A stretch of DNA of 53,429 nucleotides from Methanobacteriota archaeon (GCA_034659615.1 JAYEHR010000027.1:1-53429), one strand, 5' to 3'. Counted from the stretch's first letter, positions 36,575 through 46,550 are shown. The notes: generated by a model not told the origin, from the letters alone. Made by a program: numbers and translations.

Positions 36575-37165
36575 TCATGCTTTTCCGCATGACTCGCCGC
36601 AGATAATGCCCGTTGCTATCAGGTGTGCCACCCGCAGGGGTTCAGGAATGTTACTTCTGGTAGCAGCCAGTGTCACGATCTGGCAGGCAATGTCCGTGTC
36701 GATGCCTGCACACTGTATGTACACAGGATTGGACACGTCCTTTGTCACGACCCTGGTGATCGCACCTGCCCGCTGTATGATACGCATTCGCTCCCGGGAC
36801 TGTGGCAGGTGCTTAAGGGCGGCCCTGATAGTATTGAGATCCGGAAGAGCTCGCATCATGACGATCACCGGGATTCCCGTAGTCTCATGGATACGGACAA
36901 TGTCCACTGGATTGAAACCGCCATAGGTAACGCCGTCCAGCATGATCACCTTGATCTGTCCGTAATGCTTGCTGGAGGTCGCCATATCGATGATAGTATC
37001 TGTGCCATCCATACCATCACGGGTGATCCTTGAGCACATCACGCCATCAAGCCATTCCCCTCCCCGGAAGAAAGCTCCCACTATCAATATTTGATCGCTG
37101 ATCAGGGCAGAGTCATCGATACCAAGGATCCGTATCTCGGGTTTGATATGAAATCTGGAACTCAT
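36575..37165 (-). CDS. DUF99/UPF0215 family protein (endonuclease V-like fold)
   Basis: Trimmed to ATG 37165. PEIRILGIDDSAL...VMLDGVTYGGFNPVD resembles UPF0215. Confidence 0.75.
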   Translation of the reverse strand: MSSRFHIKPEIRILGIDDSALISDQILIVGAFFRGGEWLDGVMCSRITRDGMDGTDTIIDMATSSKHYGQIKVIMLDGVTYGGFNPVDIVRIHETTGIPVIVMMRALPDLNTIRAALKHLPQSRERMRIIQRAGAITRVVTKDVSNPVYIQCAGIDTDIACQIVTLAATRSNIPEPLRVAHLIATGIICGESCGKA

Positions 37166-37184
37166 GTTTGGATATTCACCAGAT

Positions 37185-38474
37185 TCATCCGAACATGGCC
37201 GCAGGACGATCCTCATCCGGTGCTTTGACCGATTCCATGACCTTTGTTGTGGCCCGCAGGAGATCCTCCATGTACACCGAATCCCGGTCCTCACGTACCG
37301 CAAGCATCCCGGATTCCATGGTTATTGCCTGGATGTCGGCACCGCTTGCACCTTCGGTAAGGGATGAAATTCTTTTGAGATCGATGTCATTGGACATTGC
37401 CATGCCGCGTGTATGGACCATCAATATGGATTCACGTGCCCTCTTGTCCGGCAGCGGGACACTGACCAGACGATCGAAACGGCCTGGACGGACGATGGCG
37501 GGGTCAAGTATGTCCGGACGGTTCGTGGCCGCTATGATACGGACATCACCCCTGTTATCGAAGCCATCCATCTCGGCAAGCAGTTGCATGAGAGTACGCT
37601 GGACCTCACGGTCTGCCCCATTTGTATCACTTAGCCTGGTGGCGGCTATCGCATCAAGTTCATCGATGAACAGGATGCTTGGAGCCTTTTTTCGTGCCAT
37701 CTCAAAGACCTCTCTCACAAGGCGTGACCCTTCTCCGATGTACTTCTGTACCAGTTCGGAACCGACAACTCGAATAAAGGTAGCATCTGTCCGGTATGCC
37801 ACAGCCTTGGCAAGCAGGGTCTTACCTGTTCCCGGAGGACCGAACAACATGACACCATTGGGAGGACTGATCCCGATGCGCTCGAAGGACTCCGGTCGTG
37901 TTAGAGGCAATTCCACGGACTCAATGATCTCCTGTATCTGCTCCTCCAGACCTCCTATCTGGTCATAGTCCACATCCTGTGCTTGCAGCACTTCCATGGC
38001 AGATATCTCCGGTTCATCGGTATGGGGTAGCACATCCACGATCGCAAGGGTCTGCTGGTTGAGGGCGACTCGTGCACCAACTACCAGTTTATCATCATCG
38101 ATAGACTGGGATACACCTACCATGAACTGTGGGCCCGTACTGCTCCTGACCAGGACCTTGTTATTCCCCAGGATGTCAATAACATTTGCAATGATCAAAG
38201 GAACGGTCTTTAAACGAGTGATCTCGGATCGTAACTTGCGTGCCTCTCTCTCATACTTAACTTTCTGGGATTCAACATACCGTTTTTCAGATTCGACCTG
38301 GTCGTACTGCTCTTTTAACTGCGTGTTGCGGGACTCGAGCTGTTTCATGCGGTCCAGCAGGTATTTCGAGAAATCCTCATCGTCCTCTGGGTCAACACAC
38401 TCATAATTCAGTTCACCAATGCCACCGAGCCCGTGATCACCAGTCCTCATTTCTTCGTCTGTTGTTTCGTTCAT
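37185..38474 (-). CDS. pan: proteasome-activating nucleotidase (AAA ATPase)
   Basis: Trimmed to ATG 38474 (SD GGAG upstream). It has an N-terminal coiled coil, an OB region, [18 protein letters not shown] and a C-terminal hydrophobic-Tyr-X-like tail (AAMFG). Confidence 0.95.
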   Translation of the reverse strand: MNETTDEEMRTGDHGLGGIGELNYECVDPEDDEDFSKYLLDRMKQLESRNTQLKEQYDQVESEKRYVESQKVKYEREARKLRSEITRLKTVPLIIANVIDILGNNKVLVRSSTGPQFMVGVSQSIDDDKLVVGARVALNQQTLAIVDVLPHTDEPEISAMEVLQAQDVDYDQIGGLEEQIQEIIESVELPLTRPESFERIGISPPNGVMLFGPPGTGKTLLAKAVAYRTDATFIRVVGSELVQKYIGEGSRLVREVFEMARKKAPSILFIDELDAIAATRLSDTNGADREVQRTLMQLLAEMDGFDNRGDVRIIAATNRPDILDPAIVRPGRFDRLVSVPLPDKRARESILMVHTRGMAMSNDIDLKRISSLTEGASGADIQAITMESGMLAVREDRDSVYMEDLLRATTKVMESVKAPDEDRPAAMFG

Positions 38475-38562
38475 GTCGCTCCGAATAATATTTAAGTGCA
38501 TACGGTATATAGCCCTTTCGTAAAGATGATAAATGGCAGACTTTTTTAAGAGATGATATTCT

Positions 38563-39048
38563 ATGCAATGTGAAATATGTGGCGCAGAGATACATGAAAA
38601 GGCCATTAAAGTAACTATCGATGGGAGTGAACTTAATGTATGCGGCAGATGTTCGCATTACGGGGCACCGGTACGTTCCCGGACACCCGTATCCAGAAAA
38701 AACGCCCCTATTGCCAGAAAAATTGTTGGCAGAGCACCCAGGCCACGAAGAGATCCTTTCAAGGAACTAAATGATGAACTTGTGGACGGGTACGAAGAGA
38801 TCATCAAACACGCTCGTGAGAGCCGGGGATGGACACACCAGCAACTGGCAGCCAAGATCAAGGAGAAAGAATCCCTTATCAAAAAGATCGAGCGTGGAGA
38901 GATCATGCCGGAAGATTCGGTGAGGAAAAAAATGGAACGTACTCTCAAGGTCGATCTCACAGAACGCATCGGAGATGACGAATGGACCGGCGATAGTCTA
39001 AACAGTGGTACGACCCTCGGGGATATCGTTACGATAAAAAAGAAATGA
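38563..39048 (+). CDS. archaeal multiprotein bridging factor 1 (zinc ribbon plus XRE HTH)
   Basis: [10 protein letters not shown]...CGRCS zinc ribbon, then [32 protein letters not shown]. Confidence 0.85.
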   Translation: MQCEICGAEIHEKAIKVTIDGSELNVCGRCSHYGAPVRSRTPVSRKNAPIARKIVGRAPRPRRDPFKELNDELVDGYEEIIKHARESRGWTHQQLAAKIKEKESLIKKIERGEIMPEDSVRKKMERTLKVDLTERIGDDEWTGDSLNSGTTLGDIVTIKKK

Positions 39049-39063
39049 GCAGGAGAGAGGTAC

Positions 39064-39879
39064 ATGTATCTTGATAATAAGAATTTAGGATTTATAGGCA
39101 CCGGCAAGATGGGAGAAAGCCTGATACGTGGGCTGGTCGATACAAAAGCCATCGCTGGCAATAATATCTATGCAAGTGATGTCTATGAAGTGACACTGAA
39201 TAGACTCCATCAGGAGCTGGGGATCAACATCTCGACCGAGAACCGGGATGTTATCGCAAATTCCGATGCCATCATCCTGGCAGTGAAACCACAGATACTC
39301 AAGAACGTGCTCAGAAGCATACGTGAACATGTGACAAATGACAAACTGATAATATCAATTGCCGCAGGAGTAACCACAGATACCATCGAGAACGAACTGG
39401 ATGAAGGTACAAGGGTCGTACGGATCATGCCCAACATCGCTGCAACGGTGGCGGAGGCCGCATCCGCTGTCAGTCCTGGCAAGAATGCATCCGTAGACGA
39501 CGCAGAGATGGCACTCGAGATATTTGGACATGTGGGAACTGCGATCCTGGTTCCCGAACACCTGATGGACGCTGTTACAGGACTTTCTGGCAGTGGTCCG
39601 GCCTATATCTTCCCGATCATAGAAGCTATGGCCGATGGTGCTGTGTACGAGGGACTGGACCGCCAGAGTGCCTTGGCACTTGCAGCACAGACCGTCCTTG
39701 GTGCGGCGAAGATGGTGCTTGAGACGAAAAAACATCCCGGGGTATTGAAGGATATGGTCACCTCTCCGGCAGGGACCACCATCCACGGCGTGCATACACT
39801 TGAAGAATCGGGTGTTCGCTCCGCATTTATGAATGCTGTGATCGAGTCATCGAAACGATCAAAAGAACTGGGTAACTGA
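39064..39879 (+). CDS. proC: pyrroline-5-carboxylate reductase
   Basis: GFIGTGKMGE Rossmann motif, ILAVKPQ, and SGSGPAYIF...MVTSPAGTT (ProC signature). Confidence 0.9.
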   Translation: MYLDNKNLGFIGTGKMGESLIRGLVDTKAIAGNNIYASDVYEVTLNRLHQELGINISTENRDVIANSDAIILAVKPQILKNVLRSIREHVTNDKLIISIAAGVTTDTIENELDEGTRVVRIMPNIAATVAEAASAVSPGKNASVDDAEMALEIFGHVGTAILVPEHLMDAVTGLSGSGPAYIFPIIEAMADGAVYEGLDRQSALALAAQTVLGAAKMVLETKKHPGVLKDMVTSPAGTTIHGVHTLEESGVRSAFMNAVIESSKRSKELGN

Positions 39880-40066
39880 ATACACATCTCTGGACAAGCC
39901 TTCACACCATGCAGGTTTGTCCGAACAATATCAAAAGATTGATATAAGTTAATTCAGTAATAAATTATACACACCGGGATGATCACCTATGTGGACTGAT
40001 TAATTCGGATACATAATTTTAGAAGTAATAGTACTTAAAACCAAAAAACGACTAAGGTGGGAAAAA

Positions 40067-40420
40067 ATGAAATCTTTCGCTGTTGTTAGGGGAGAAGATC
40101 AAAATAAGGTAAAGATCGCCTTACACGATCTGGAACAGTATGGAAATTTGAGGTTCAGCACCAATCCAAAACGTATAGATCCGGCGTATGCGGACGAGCT
40201 TCTTGTTCAGGTGGTCGGTGTAGAACTACGTTCAACATGTCGATCTGCGGCACTTGTAGGACTTGAGAACAATGCAGGGTCTGCTATCAATAAATTGCGA
40301 AAGATACACCCCCCTGCACACGTGGTGATCGTGAGCCCGCGTCATGGACCATACGCAGAACTTGCAGATAACTCCGAGATATATCCGGAATTTGACCGGA
40401 CCTTAGAAATGGAGACCTGA
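40067..40420 (+). CDS. hypothetical protein, 117 aa
   Basis: Good SD (AAGGTGG) lies 7 nt upstream. No family was recognised. It is followed immediately by repeat copy 2. Confidence 0.5.
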   Translation: MKSFAVVRGEDQNKVKIALHDLEQYGNLRFSTNPKRIDPAYADELLVQVVGVELRSTCRSAALVGLENNAGSAINKLRKIHPPAHVVIVSPRHGPYAELADNSEIYPEFDRTLEMET

Positions 40421-40432
40421 GCTATTTTCCGA

Positions 40433-40483
40433 CAGATGTTTTGTTAAATATGTCAGTCTGACTCTGTCGGACCCTCTGAGTAC
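40433..40483 (+). repeat. copy 2 of the ~50-nt intergenic element (core AGTCTGACTCTGTCGGAC)
   Basis: The core at 40455-40472 is identical to 10117-10134. Locally it is embedded in the hairpin TCCGACAGA (40428-40436) / TCTGTCGGA (40463-40471) and contains the palindrome GTCAGtCTGAC (40452-40462). Confidence 0.6.
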
Positions 40484-40615
40484 AGTGCAGGGTCACCAGA
40501 TCGATCAAAGCAGTAGCGAAGGCGTTATTGCCTGATAAGTTCTCATATAACGATCACTGTCAGAAGAATATTAGAACGAAACAGAACAGTACGATATAAC
40601 AAAACATTAGAAGAA

Positions 40616-40690
40616 TGGGGCCGGGACTGAGAATCGAACCCAGATCGTAGCCTCCACAGGGCTACAGGATAACCGCTACCCTACCCCGGC
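40616..40690 (-). tRNA. tRNA-His (anticodon GUG), CCA encoded
   Basis: Hand-folded 75 nt: acceptor GCCGGGG/TCCCGGC, anticodon stem TAGCC/GGCTA with loop CTGTGGA, T-loop TTCGATT, discriminator C, then CCA. Position -1 is T. Confidence 0.95.
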
Positions 40691-40774
40691 ACTGGATAGG
40701 TGCTTCAATGGATGAAGCAACCTATACACGTACTTTTGTTAAATAAATCTTTCCTATGGGTATGCGTCCAGACC

Positions 40775-41551
40775 TTACTTCAATCTGGAGATAGCAAGTT
40801 CGGCAGCCTTTTTTCCGGAGAGCAGCATCCCACCGAACACCGGCCCCATACGAGGAGCACCTGCCACTGCATTGGCAGCCATTCCTGCAACGATCAGCCC
40901 GGGATACACTTCCTTTGTCGTCTCCATCAGTGTACGCTCACCAACATCCGCCCACATGGGCTTCTCGCCAACAACACCCAGCTCTCCGAGTTTCGCACCC
41001 GGGATCTTGCGCTGGATCGTATTGCATACGATCGCCTCATGACCGGTCCCGTCAAACACCATTTTTGCACGCACTGCCAATGGGTCCACATGGAACCGTC
41101 CAACAGATACAGCTGTCCAGTTGATCACCAGTCCTGACACAGCATCGTTCTCACGGATCATCACGTCCTCGACCTCTACCAGATTGAATATCTGGGCACC
41201 CGCCGACACCGCCTCGCTGGTCAGTTTTGCAACCGATTCGATGGAATCTGCAATATAGTACCCCTTCTCATATTCCTTGTAAGAAATATTGAAATCATCC
41301 AGTATATGACGTGCCTCCTCCTGGACAACGATACGGGGGAACATCATGCCTCCGCCCCACATTCCGCCACCAACAGCCAGCTTTTTCTCGAAGAGAACGG
41401 TCTTCAGGCCAGCTTCTGCAAGATATCTGGCAGCCACCAGGTTGGCAGGACCCCCGCCAACGAGGGCTACATCCACATCCGTATAATCAAGGAATACCTT
41501 CGAAAATTCATCAACAATTGCTCTGGTGATCACGATCTCGTCGAGTTCCAT
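40775..41551 (-). CDS. thi4: thiazole synthase Thi4 (archaeal sulfide-dependent type)
   Basis: VALVGGGPANL FAD motif, GGGMWGGGMMF, and DGTGHEA (His at the position of the yeast suicide Cys). Confidence 0.9.
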   Translation of the reverse strand: MELDEIVITRAIVDEFSKVFLDYTDVDVALVGGGPANLVAARYLAEAGLKTVLFEKKLAVGGGMWGGGMMFPRIVVQEEARHILDDFNISYKEYEKGYYIADSIESVAKLTSEAVSAGAQIFNLVEVEDVMIRENDAVSGLVINWTAVSVGRFHVDPLAVRAKMVFDGTGHEAIVCNTIQRKIPGAKLGELGVVGEKPMWADVGERTLMETTKEVYPGLIVAGMAANAVAGAPRMGPVFGGMLLSGKKAAELAISRLK

Positions 41552-41622
41552 TCTTTTGCCTCAGTGTACACTCATAATTAAGACCGTGATAGACTGCATT
41601 TATATTAAAACCTATTGGAAGA

Positions 41623-43077
41623 TCACGCTTTCCTGACGCTCACCCAGAAAACACTCCCCTTTCCCCCAGGATTGTCTTCCACACCGAACTCCCCTTCATG
41701 AAGGTCCATGATCCTCTTTACGATCGCAAGACCCAGACCCGTCCCCTTGACATTCGTCTTGCCCACACGCATGAAGCGCTCGAATATTTGTGATCTATCC
41801 TCAGCAGCTATCCCCTCCCCCTGATCGATTACCTTGACCGTCCATTCATCGGCTGAATCCACAATATCAATACTGATCATGCTTTTTTCAGGACTGTACT
41901 TAATAGCATTGGAAATAAGATTGACAAAAACCTCCTCGATCAACGGGTTCACCATCGTCTGAGCTTCTCCTTCCGTAACCAGATCCACCTTCATTTGCTT
42001 TTCAGTGATCTGATCACTGAAGCTGTTTATCACATCATCGATGATGGAATACAGATCCATCCGCTGAAATTGGATATGGTCTATGGACTCCAACTTCGCA
42101 AAGCGGGCAGCGTTCTCGATCAGACTTATCATCTTAAGGTTGTTGCGTTTGATCGTTTTAAGCATATTGAGCTGGCCCTCATCTGTCACCTTTTTCAGCA
42201 GGACTTCAGTAAACCCTTTCACTAGACCCACCGTGTTTAGCATATCGTGACGCATGACATCGATGAACAGGTCCTTCAGTTCGTTCGAATGCTCCAGCTC
42301 CTTTATGGCATATCGCTCTTTTGTTACATCCTCACCAGAACTGAGCACTCCTGTAATGTTGCCCTGCTCGTCAGTGAGAATACGATTGCTCCAGGAGATC
42401 AATCTCTTGTCCCCGTCCCTGGTGACTATCTGGTTCTCACAAGATTCATAGTCCTGTCCATTGCCGGATATTAGATCATCGAATATATCCCTTACCTGCT
42501 GTTGTTCATATTCTGGCACTGCGACTTCGAACCAGTTCTTTCCAACGATCTCATCCTCACTACGACCAAGGATCTCACACCCTCTCCTGTTGATCAGGCT
42601 CACCTTCTGATCCAGATCAATTGCAACCACTATCACCCCAGCAATGTCAAGGTACCTCTGCGCCTGATCTCTCTCTGCGACAAGGCTGTCAGATAGATGT
42701 TTGACACTTATAAGGGAGCGCACCCTGGTCTTAAGTTCAAGTTGATCCACGGGCTTTGACAGGAAATCATTCGCACCTGCTTCGATACTGCGTATCTGAT
42801 CATTCTTTTCAAAGAGGGCAGTGGCCATTATCACCGGAATGAATTGGGTCTTAACATCATTCTTGATGATCTTGCAGACATCATAACCGCTCATGCCAGG
42901 CATCATGATGTCCAGAATGACCAGATCAACATCCTTTGTTCTTATCTTCTCAAGAGCCTCTTCGCCGGAGAATGCGCCTATAGTATCATAATCAAGTGAA
43001 AGGTAGGCCTCCATCAGGCTTACATTGTACGGTTCATCATCAACGATCAGTATTTTCGGACGAGACACTGTATCCAT
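41623..43077 (-). CDS. hybrid sensor: receiver (REC) - PAS - histidine kinase
   Basis: Trimmed to ATG 43077. ILIVDDEP...LVILDIMMPGMSGY (REC), a PAS region, an H-box FIDVMRHDMLN, and HATPase motifs (NAIKYS, DQGEGI, GTGLGLAIV). Confidence 0.85.
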   Translation of the reverse strand: MDTVSRPKILIVDDEPYNVSLMEAYLSLDYDTIGAFSGEEALEKIRTKDVDLVILDIMMPGMSGYDVCKIIKNDVKTQFIPVIMATALFEKNDQIRSIEAGANDFLSKPVDQLELKTRVRSLISVKHLSDSLVAERDQAQRYLDIAGVIVVAIDLDQKVSLINRRGCEILGRSEDEIVGKNWFEVAVPEYEQQQVRDIFDDLISGNGQDYESCENQIVTRDGDKRLISWSNRILTDEQGNITGVLSSGEDVTKERYAIKELEHSNELKDLFIDVMRHDMLNTVGLVKGFTEVLLKKVTDEGQLNMLKTIKRNNLKMISLIENAARFAKLESIDHIQFQRMDLYSIIDDVINSFSDQITEKQMKVDLVTEGEAQTMVNPLIEEVFVNLISNAIKYSPEKSMISIDIVDSADEWTVKVIDQGEGIAAEDRSQIFERFMRVGKTNVKGTGLGLAIVKRIMDLHEGEFGVEDNPGGKGSVFWVSVRKA

Positions 43078-43127
43078 GAATAACACCTTGTGAACATTGG
43101 AACAATATATATGAATATTATAGTAAA

Positions 43128-43289
43128 TTAACCTGCAACGGTTTCCTTGAAACTGTGCACATCGAGAGGTTTGGAAATATAAACAGTACAATCGACATCA
43201 AGGAACTTCTCCTCATTGCCTCTCGGGGAATGTGCTGTTAGGGCGATCACCGGAATATCCTTCATCTGCAGATCGTCCTTTATTATACA
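43128..43289 (-). pseudogene. remnant of a response-regulator receiver domain (C-terminal ~50 codons only)
   Basis: My translation is (stop)CIIKDDLQMKDIPVIALTAHSPRGNEEKFLDVDCTVYISKPLDVHSFKETVAG(stop). This is the alpha3-beta4...beta5-alpha5 part of REC (conserved T and K present) without the phospho-acceptor Asp region. An in-frame stop lies at 43290-43292. Confidence 0.6.
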
Positions 43290-43493
43290 TTAATACTATT
43301 TGATGCAATTTATAGCTTCCGATGAGTGTACAAACGGAGTGAAACATTGATATAGAGGACAATATCAGTCATGCTGTTGGTCACACTGCATACAACATAA
43401 TAAATAAATTATAGCCCGTGCCGATAATATCATATACATGCAATATGATTATCTGCCATTCTTTAATAGTCATACTTTTATCAAGGTGATCAT

Positions 43494-44747
43494 ATGGGCA
43501 AAACAATTGCAGAGAAGATAATAGGAGAACATGCCGGCAAGGACGTATCCGCCGGCGATATCGTTATTGCGAAAGTGGACGTGACCGCGGTCCAGGACGG
43601 TACCGGACCCCTGGCAGTCCAGCAGCTCCGGAAGATCGACCTGGTGCAGGCGAACGATCCGGAGCGTACGGTGCTTTTCATCGACCATGCCGCGCCAAGT
43701 CCCAACAAGGACCTCTCCAACGCACACAACATACTGCGCAGATTCTCGAAGGAGACGGGCGTGAACCTGTCCGAGGTCGGGGAAGGTGTATGCCATCAGC
43801 GGCTTGTGGAGACCCATGTCAATCCCGGGGACATACTGATCGGGGCTGACTCCCACACCTGCACCTCCGGTGCACTGGGTGCCTTTGCGACCGGAATGGG
43901 GTCCACTGACGTGGCCATCGGTATCGCACTGGGTAAGACCTGGCTGAGGGTGCCGGAGACGTTCAAGATCAATGTTACCGGACGCTTCAACAAAGGAGTG
44001 TATGCCAAGGATCTGATCCTCCACATCATAGGGATGATCACGGCTGACGGTGCTACCTACAAGGCCCTGGAATTCACAGGCGAGACGATCAGGAACATGA
44101 CCATGTCCGAGCGGTTCACACTATCCAACATGGCAGTGGAAGCCGGTGCCAAGACCGGCCTGATCGAGTCCGACGATGTTACACGGGCATACCTTGAGGC
44201 ACAGGGACGCGGGGACAAGTTCAGGAAGATAGCAGCCGATGAGGATGCGGTATATGAGAAGGTGATCGACATCGACGCCTCGACTATCGAACCGGTGATC
44301 TCCGCACCCCATACTGTAGATAATACAAAGACCGTGACCGAACTGGCCGGTATGAACGTTGACCAGGTGTTCATAGGAACATGCACCAACGGACGTATCG
44401 ACGACCTGAAGATAGCAGCAGATATACTGAAAGGAAAACAGCGCGATCCGGACACCCGTCTTATCGTAACCCCCGCATCCAAGACCGTGTATCTCGAAGC
44501 CCTTGCGGCAGGATACATCGATACATTCGTCAGGGCCGGTGCCGCGGTGATGGCACCGGGATGTGGCGCATGTGTGGGTGTGCATCAGGGAATCCTGGCC
44601 GATGGTGAGGTCTGCCTGGCCACACAGAACAGGAACTTCAAGGGACGTATGGGGAATACTGAAGGGTTCATCTACCTCTCATCACCTGCAACGGCAGCAG
44701 CGTCTGTTATTGCAGGAAAGGTTGTGGACCCCAGGGAGGTGCTCTAA
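43494..44747 (+). CDS. aconitase-family dehydratase large subunit (homoaconitase HacA or isopropylmalate isomerase LeuC)
   Basis: 417 aa with DHAAPSP, GADSHTCT and GTCTNGR...GCGACVG Fe-S ligand motifs. Confidence 0.9.
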   Translation: MGKTIAEKIIGEHAGKDVSAGDIVIAKVDVTAVQDGTGPLAVQQLRKIDLVQANDPERTVLFIDHAAPSPNKDLSNAHNILRRFSKETGVNLSEVGEGVCHQRLVETHVNPGDILIGADSHTCTSGALGAFATGMGSTDVAIGIALGKTWLRVPETFKINVTGRFNKGVYAKDLILHIIGMITADGATYKALEFTGETIRNMTMSERFTLSNMAVEAGAKTGLIESDDVTRAYLEAQGRGDKFRKIAADEDAVYEKVIDIDASTIEPVISAPHTVDNTKTVTELAGMNVDQVFIGTCTNGRIDDLKIAADILKGKQRDPDTRLIVTPASKTVYLEALAAGYIDTFVRAGAAVMAPGCGACVGVHQGILADGEVCLATQNRNFKGRMGNTEGFIYLSSPATAAASVIAGKVVDPREVL

Positions 44748-45254
44748 ATGGAATCAATACTCAATGGAAATTCATGGAAGTTCGGCGATGATATCAGCAC
44801 CGACCTGATCGCGCCTGGTCGCCTGTTCCACCTGCGTACGAACCTGCCCGAACTTGCCAAGCATGTGCTTGAGGACGCGGACCCCGGGTTCCCATCCAAA
44901 GTACAGAAAGGCGATTTTGTGGTCGGTGGCAGGAACTTCGGTCTGGGGTCCAGCCGGGAACATGCGCCCACCATCATCAAGCTGGCAGGGGTCAATGCGG
45001 TACTGGCAAAGTCCTTTGCACGCATCTTCTACCGCAATGCCATCAATGTTGGTCTTCCGGCCCTGATCTGTGACACCGACCAGATCGATGAAGGTGACGA
45101 ACTGGAGGTCGACCTGGCCAACGGGGTCATCAAGGATCTGACAAAAGGCATCGAGATCACATTCTCACCCCTTCCTGATGTGATGATCAAGATCCTACAG
45201 GATGGTGGACTGGCAGCACATATCGAGAAACACGGCGATTTCAAACTTGAATGA
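44748..45254 (+). CDS. aconitase-family dehydratase small subunit (HacB-like by loop motif, or LeuD)
   Basis: FGDDISTDLIAPGRLFHLRT, GRNFGLGSSREHAP, AKSFARIFYRNAINVGLP. The start abuts the large-subunit stop. Confidence 0.9.
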   Translation: MESILNGNSWKFGDDISTDLIAPGRLFHLRTNLPELAKHVLEDADPGFPSKVQKGDFVVGGRNFGLGSSREHAPTIIKLAGVNAVLAKSFARIFYRNAINVGLPALICDTDQIDEGDELEVDLANGVIKDLTKGIEITFSPLPDVMIKILQDGGLAAHIEKHGDFKLE

Positions 45255-45376
45255 TGGACAGTAAGGGGCAGGCATGCCCCATTCACAACTATTTATCATA
45301 TCCTGCCCACAACAAGGGTAAGCTTTAAGATTTTAGCAACCCCATAGTTAATTGTCAAATAAATGGAGTTGGTACC

Positions 45377-46492
45377 ATGGTCAGGTCTGCTCAGAAAGTA
45401 GCGCTGAAGAAGAACAGGGAACATGTCATAGAAACCGATGCTGCGACCGCGAATGTGGTCATACTCAAGCCAATTGGTTATCCCCTGACCGGTGTGCTCG
45501 ATGAGTTCCCGCAGGTAGAGGATACAGGTGTGTTCGAGTGTTATGCCCGACAGCAGTGGAACGGCTATCTTGCGCGCATGGGAGATTACCTGTTCGACCA
45601 TCGGATGTACCCCGATTTTGCATATCGCATCATAGACGTCGAGCCGGCAGAGTCCATCATTGGTCAGACAACGTCATTTGTCGTGGCCGACGATACCAGG
45701 CACGGGCCAACCGTCGAGTTCACCAGCACGGTCACCTTTGAGGATGTGATCGGGCAGCAGATGGCGCGTCGCAAATGTAAACTGATCGAGCGCTATCTGA
45801 TAGAACCAGAGACGTTCGGTCAATGGGCACCGACCAACGTGTTGTTCTTTGGACCGACCGGTACCGGCAAGACCATGCTCGCCAAAGCACTGGCCAATAA
45901 GACCAGTGTACCTATACTGCCCATCAAGGCAACGGAACTCATAGGAGAATTCGTCGGAGAGGGAGCACGGCAGATCCACCAGCTATATGAACGTGCCCAG
46001 GAAATGGCACCCTGCATTATATTCATCGATGAACTGGACGCGATCGCACTGGATCGAAGGTTCCAGGAACTGCGAGGAGACGTGGCTGAGATCGTCAATG
46101 CCCTGCTGACCGAGATGGACGGCATCGTTGAACACAAGGGTATCTGCACAATTGGTGCCACCAACCTACCCGACACCCTGGACCCCGCAGTCAGGAGCCG
46201 ATTCGAGGAAGAGATCGGGTTTACCCTTCCCGATGAGACGGAACGTGCTGCGATCATCGGATCGAACCTGCAGACATTTCCTATTCCAGCAAAGGATGTT
46301 GACACTGACAGGCTTGCACGAATGACCGATGGCCTTTCAGGTAGGGATATAGTGGAAAAGATTTTGAAGACAGCACTGCACCAGGCCATCATGGATGAAA
46401 AAGATGAGGTTACCGAACATTACCTTTACGACTCCGTAGCACGACTGAAGAGAACGAAGGAACCTGTTTCTGTGAGCAGAATGTATATATGA
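45377..46492 (+). CDS. single-module AAA+ ATPase with a Cdc48-N-like N-terminal domain
   Basis: [25 protein letters not shown], second region of homology (GATNLPDTLDPAVRSRF), and about 150 aa of N-domain. Confidence 0.85.
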   Translation: MVRSAQKVALKKNREHVIETDAATANVVILKPIGYPLTGVLDEFPQVEDTGVFECYARQQWNGYLARMGDYLFDHRMYPDFAYRIIDVEPAESIIGQTTSFVVADDTRHGPTVEFTSTVTFEDVIGQQMARRKCKLIERYLIEPETFGQWAPTNVLFFGPTGTGKTMLAKALANKTSVPILPIKATELIGEFVGEGARQIHQLYERAQEMAPCIIFIDELDAIALDRRFQELRGDVAEIVNALLTEMDGIVEHKGICTIGATNLPDTLDPAVRSRFEEEIGFTLPDETERAAIIGSNLQTFPIPAKDVDTDRLARMTDGLSGRDIVEKILKTALHQAIMDEKDEVTEHYLYDSVARLKRTKEPVSVSRMYI

Positions 46493-46550
46493 GCAGATGC
46501 CTTAAGGAAATCACAGAGAGTCGCCCTGACGAACAGATGAGAGTGACATT

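Noticed and set aside
38475-38606. N-terminal extensions of track ORFs. Examples are PAN 38475-38606, the histidine kinase 43078-43191, DUF99 37166-37303, the RHH gene 3095-3199, the ModE-like gene 12705-12824 and nrdH 29669-29758.
   Set aside because: The extensions have non-protein-like composition and overlap promoters or neighbouring genes. An internal ATG preceded by SD or TATA signals matches the homologous N-terminus.
41552-41622. TPP riboswitch upstream of thi4.
   Set aside because: The leader is only about 70 nt, and I could not find the conserved TPP-aptamer elements (CUGAGA plus the pyrophosphate-helix consensus). Such riboswitches are also rare in archaea.
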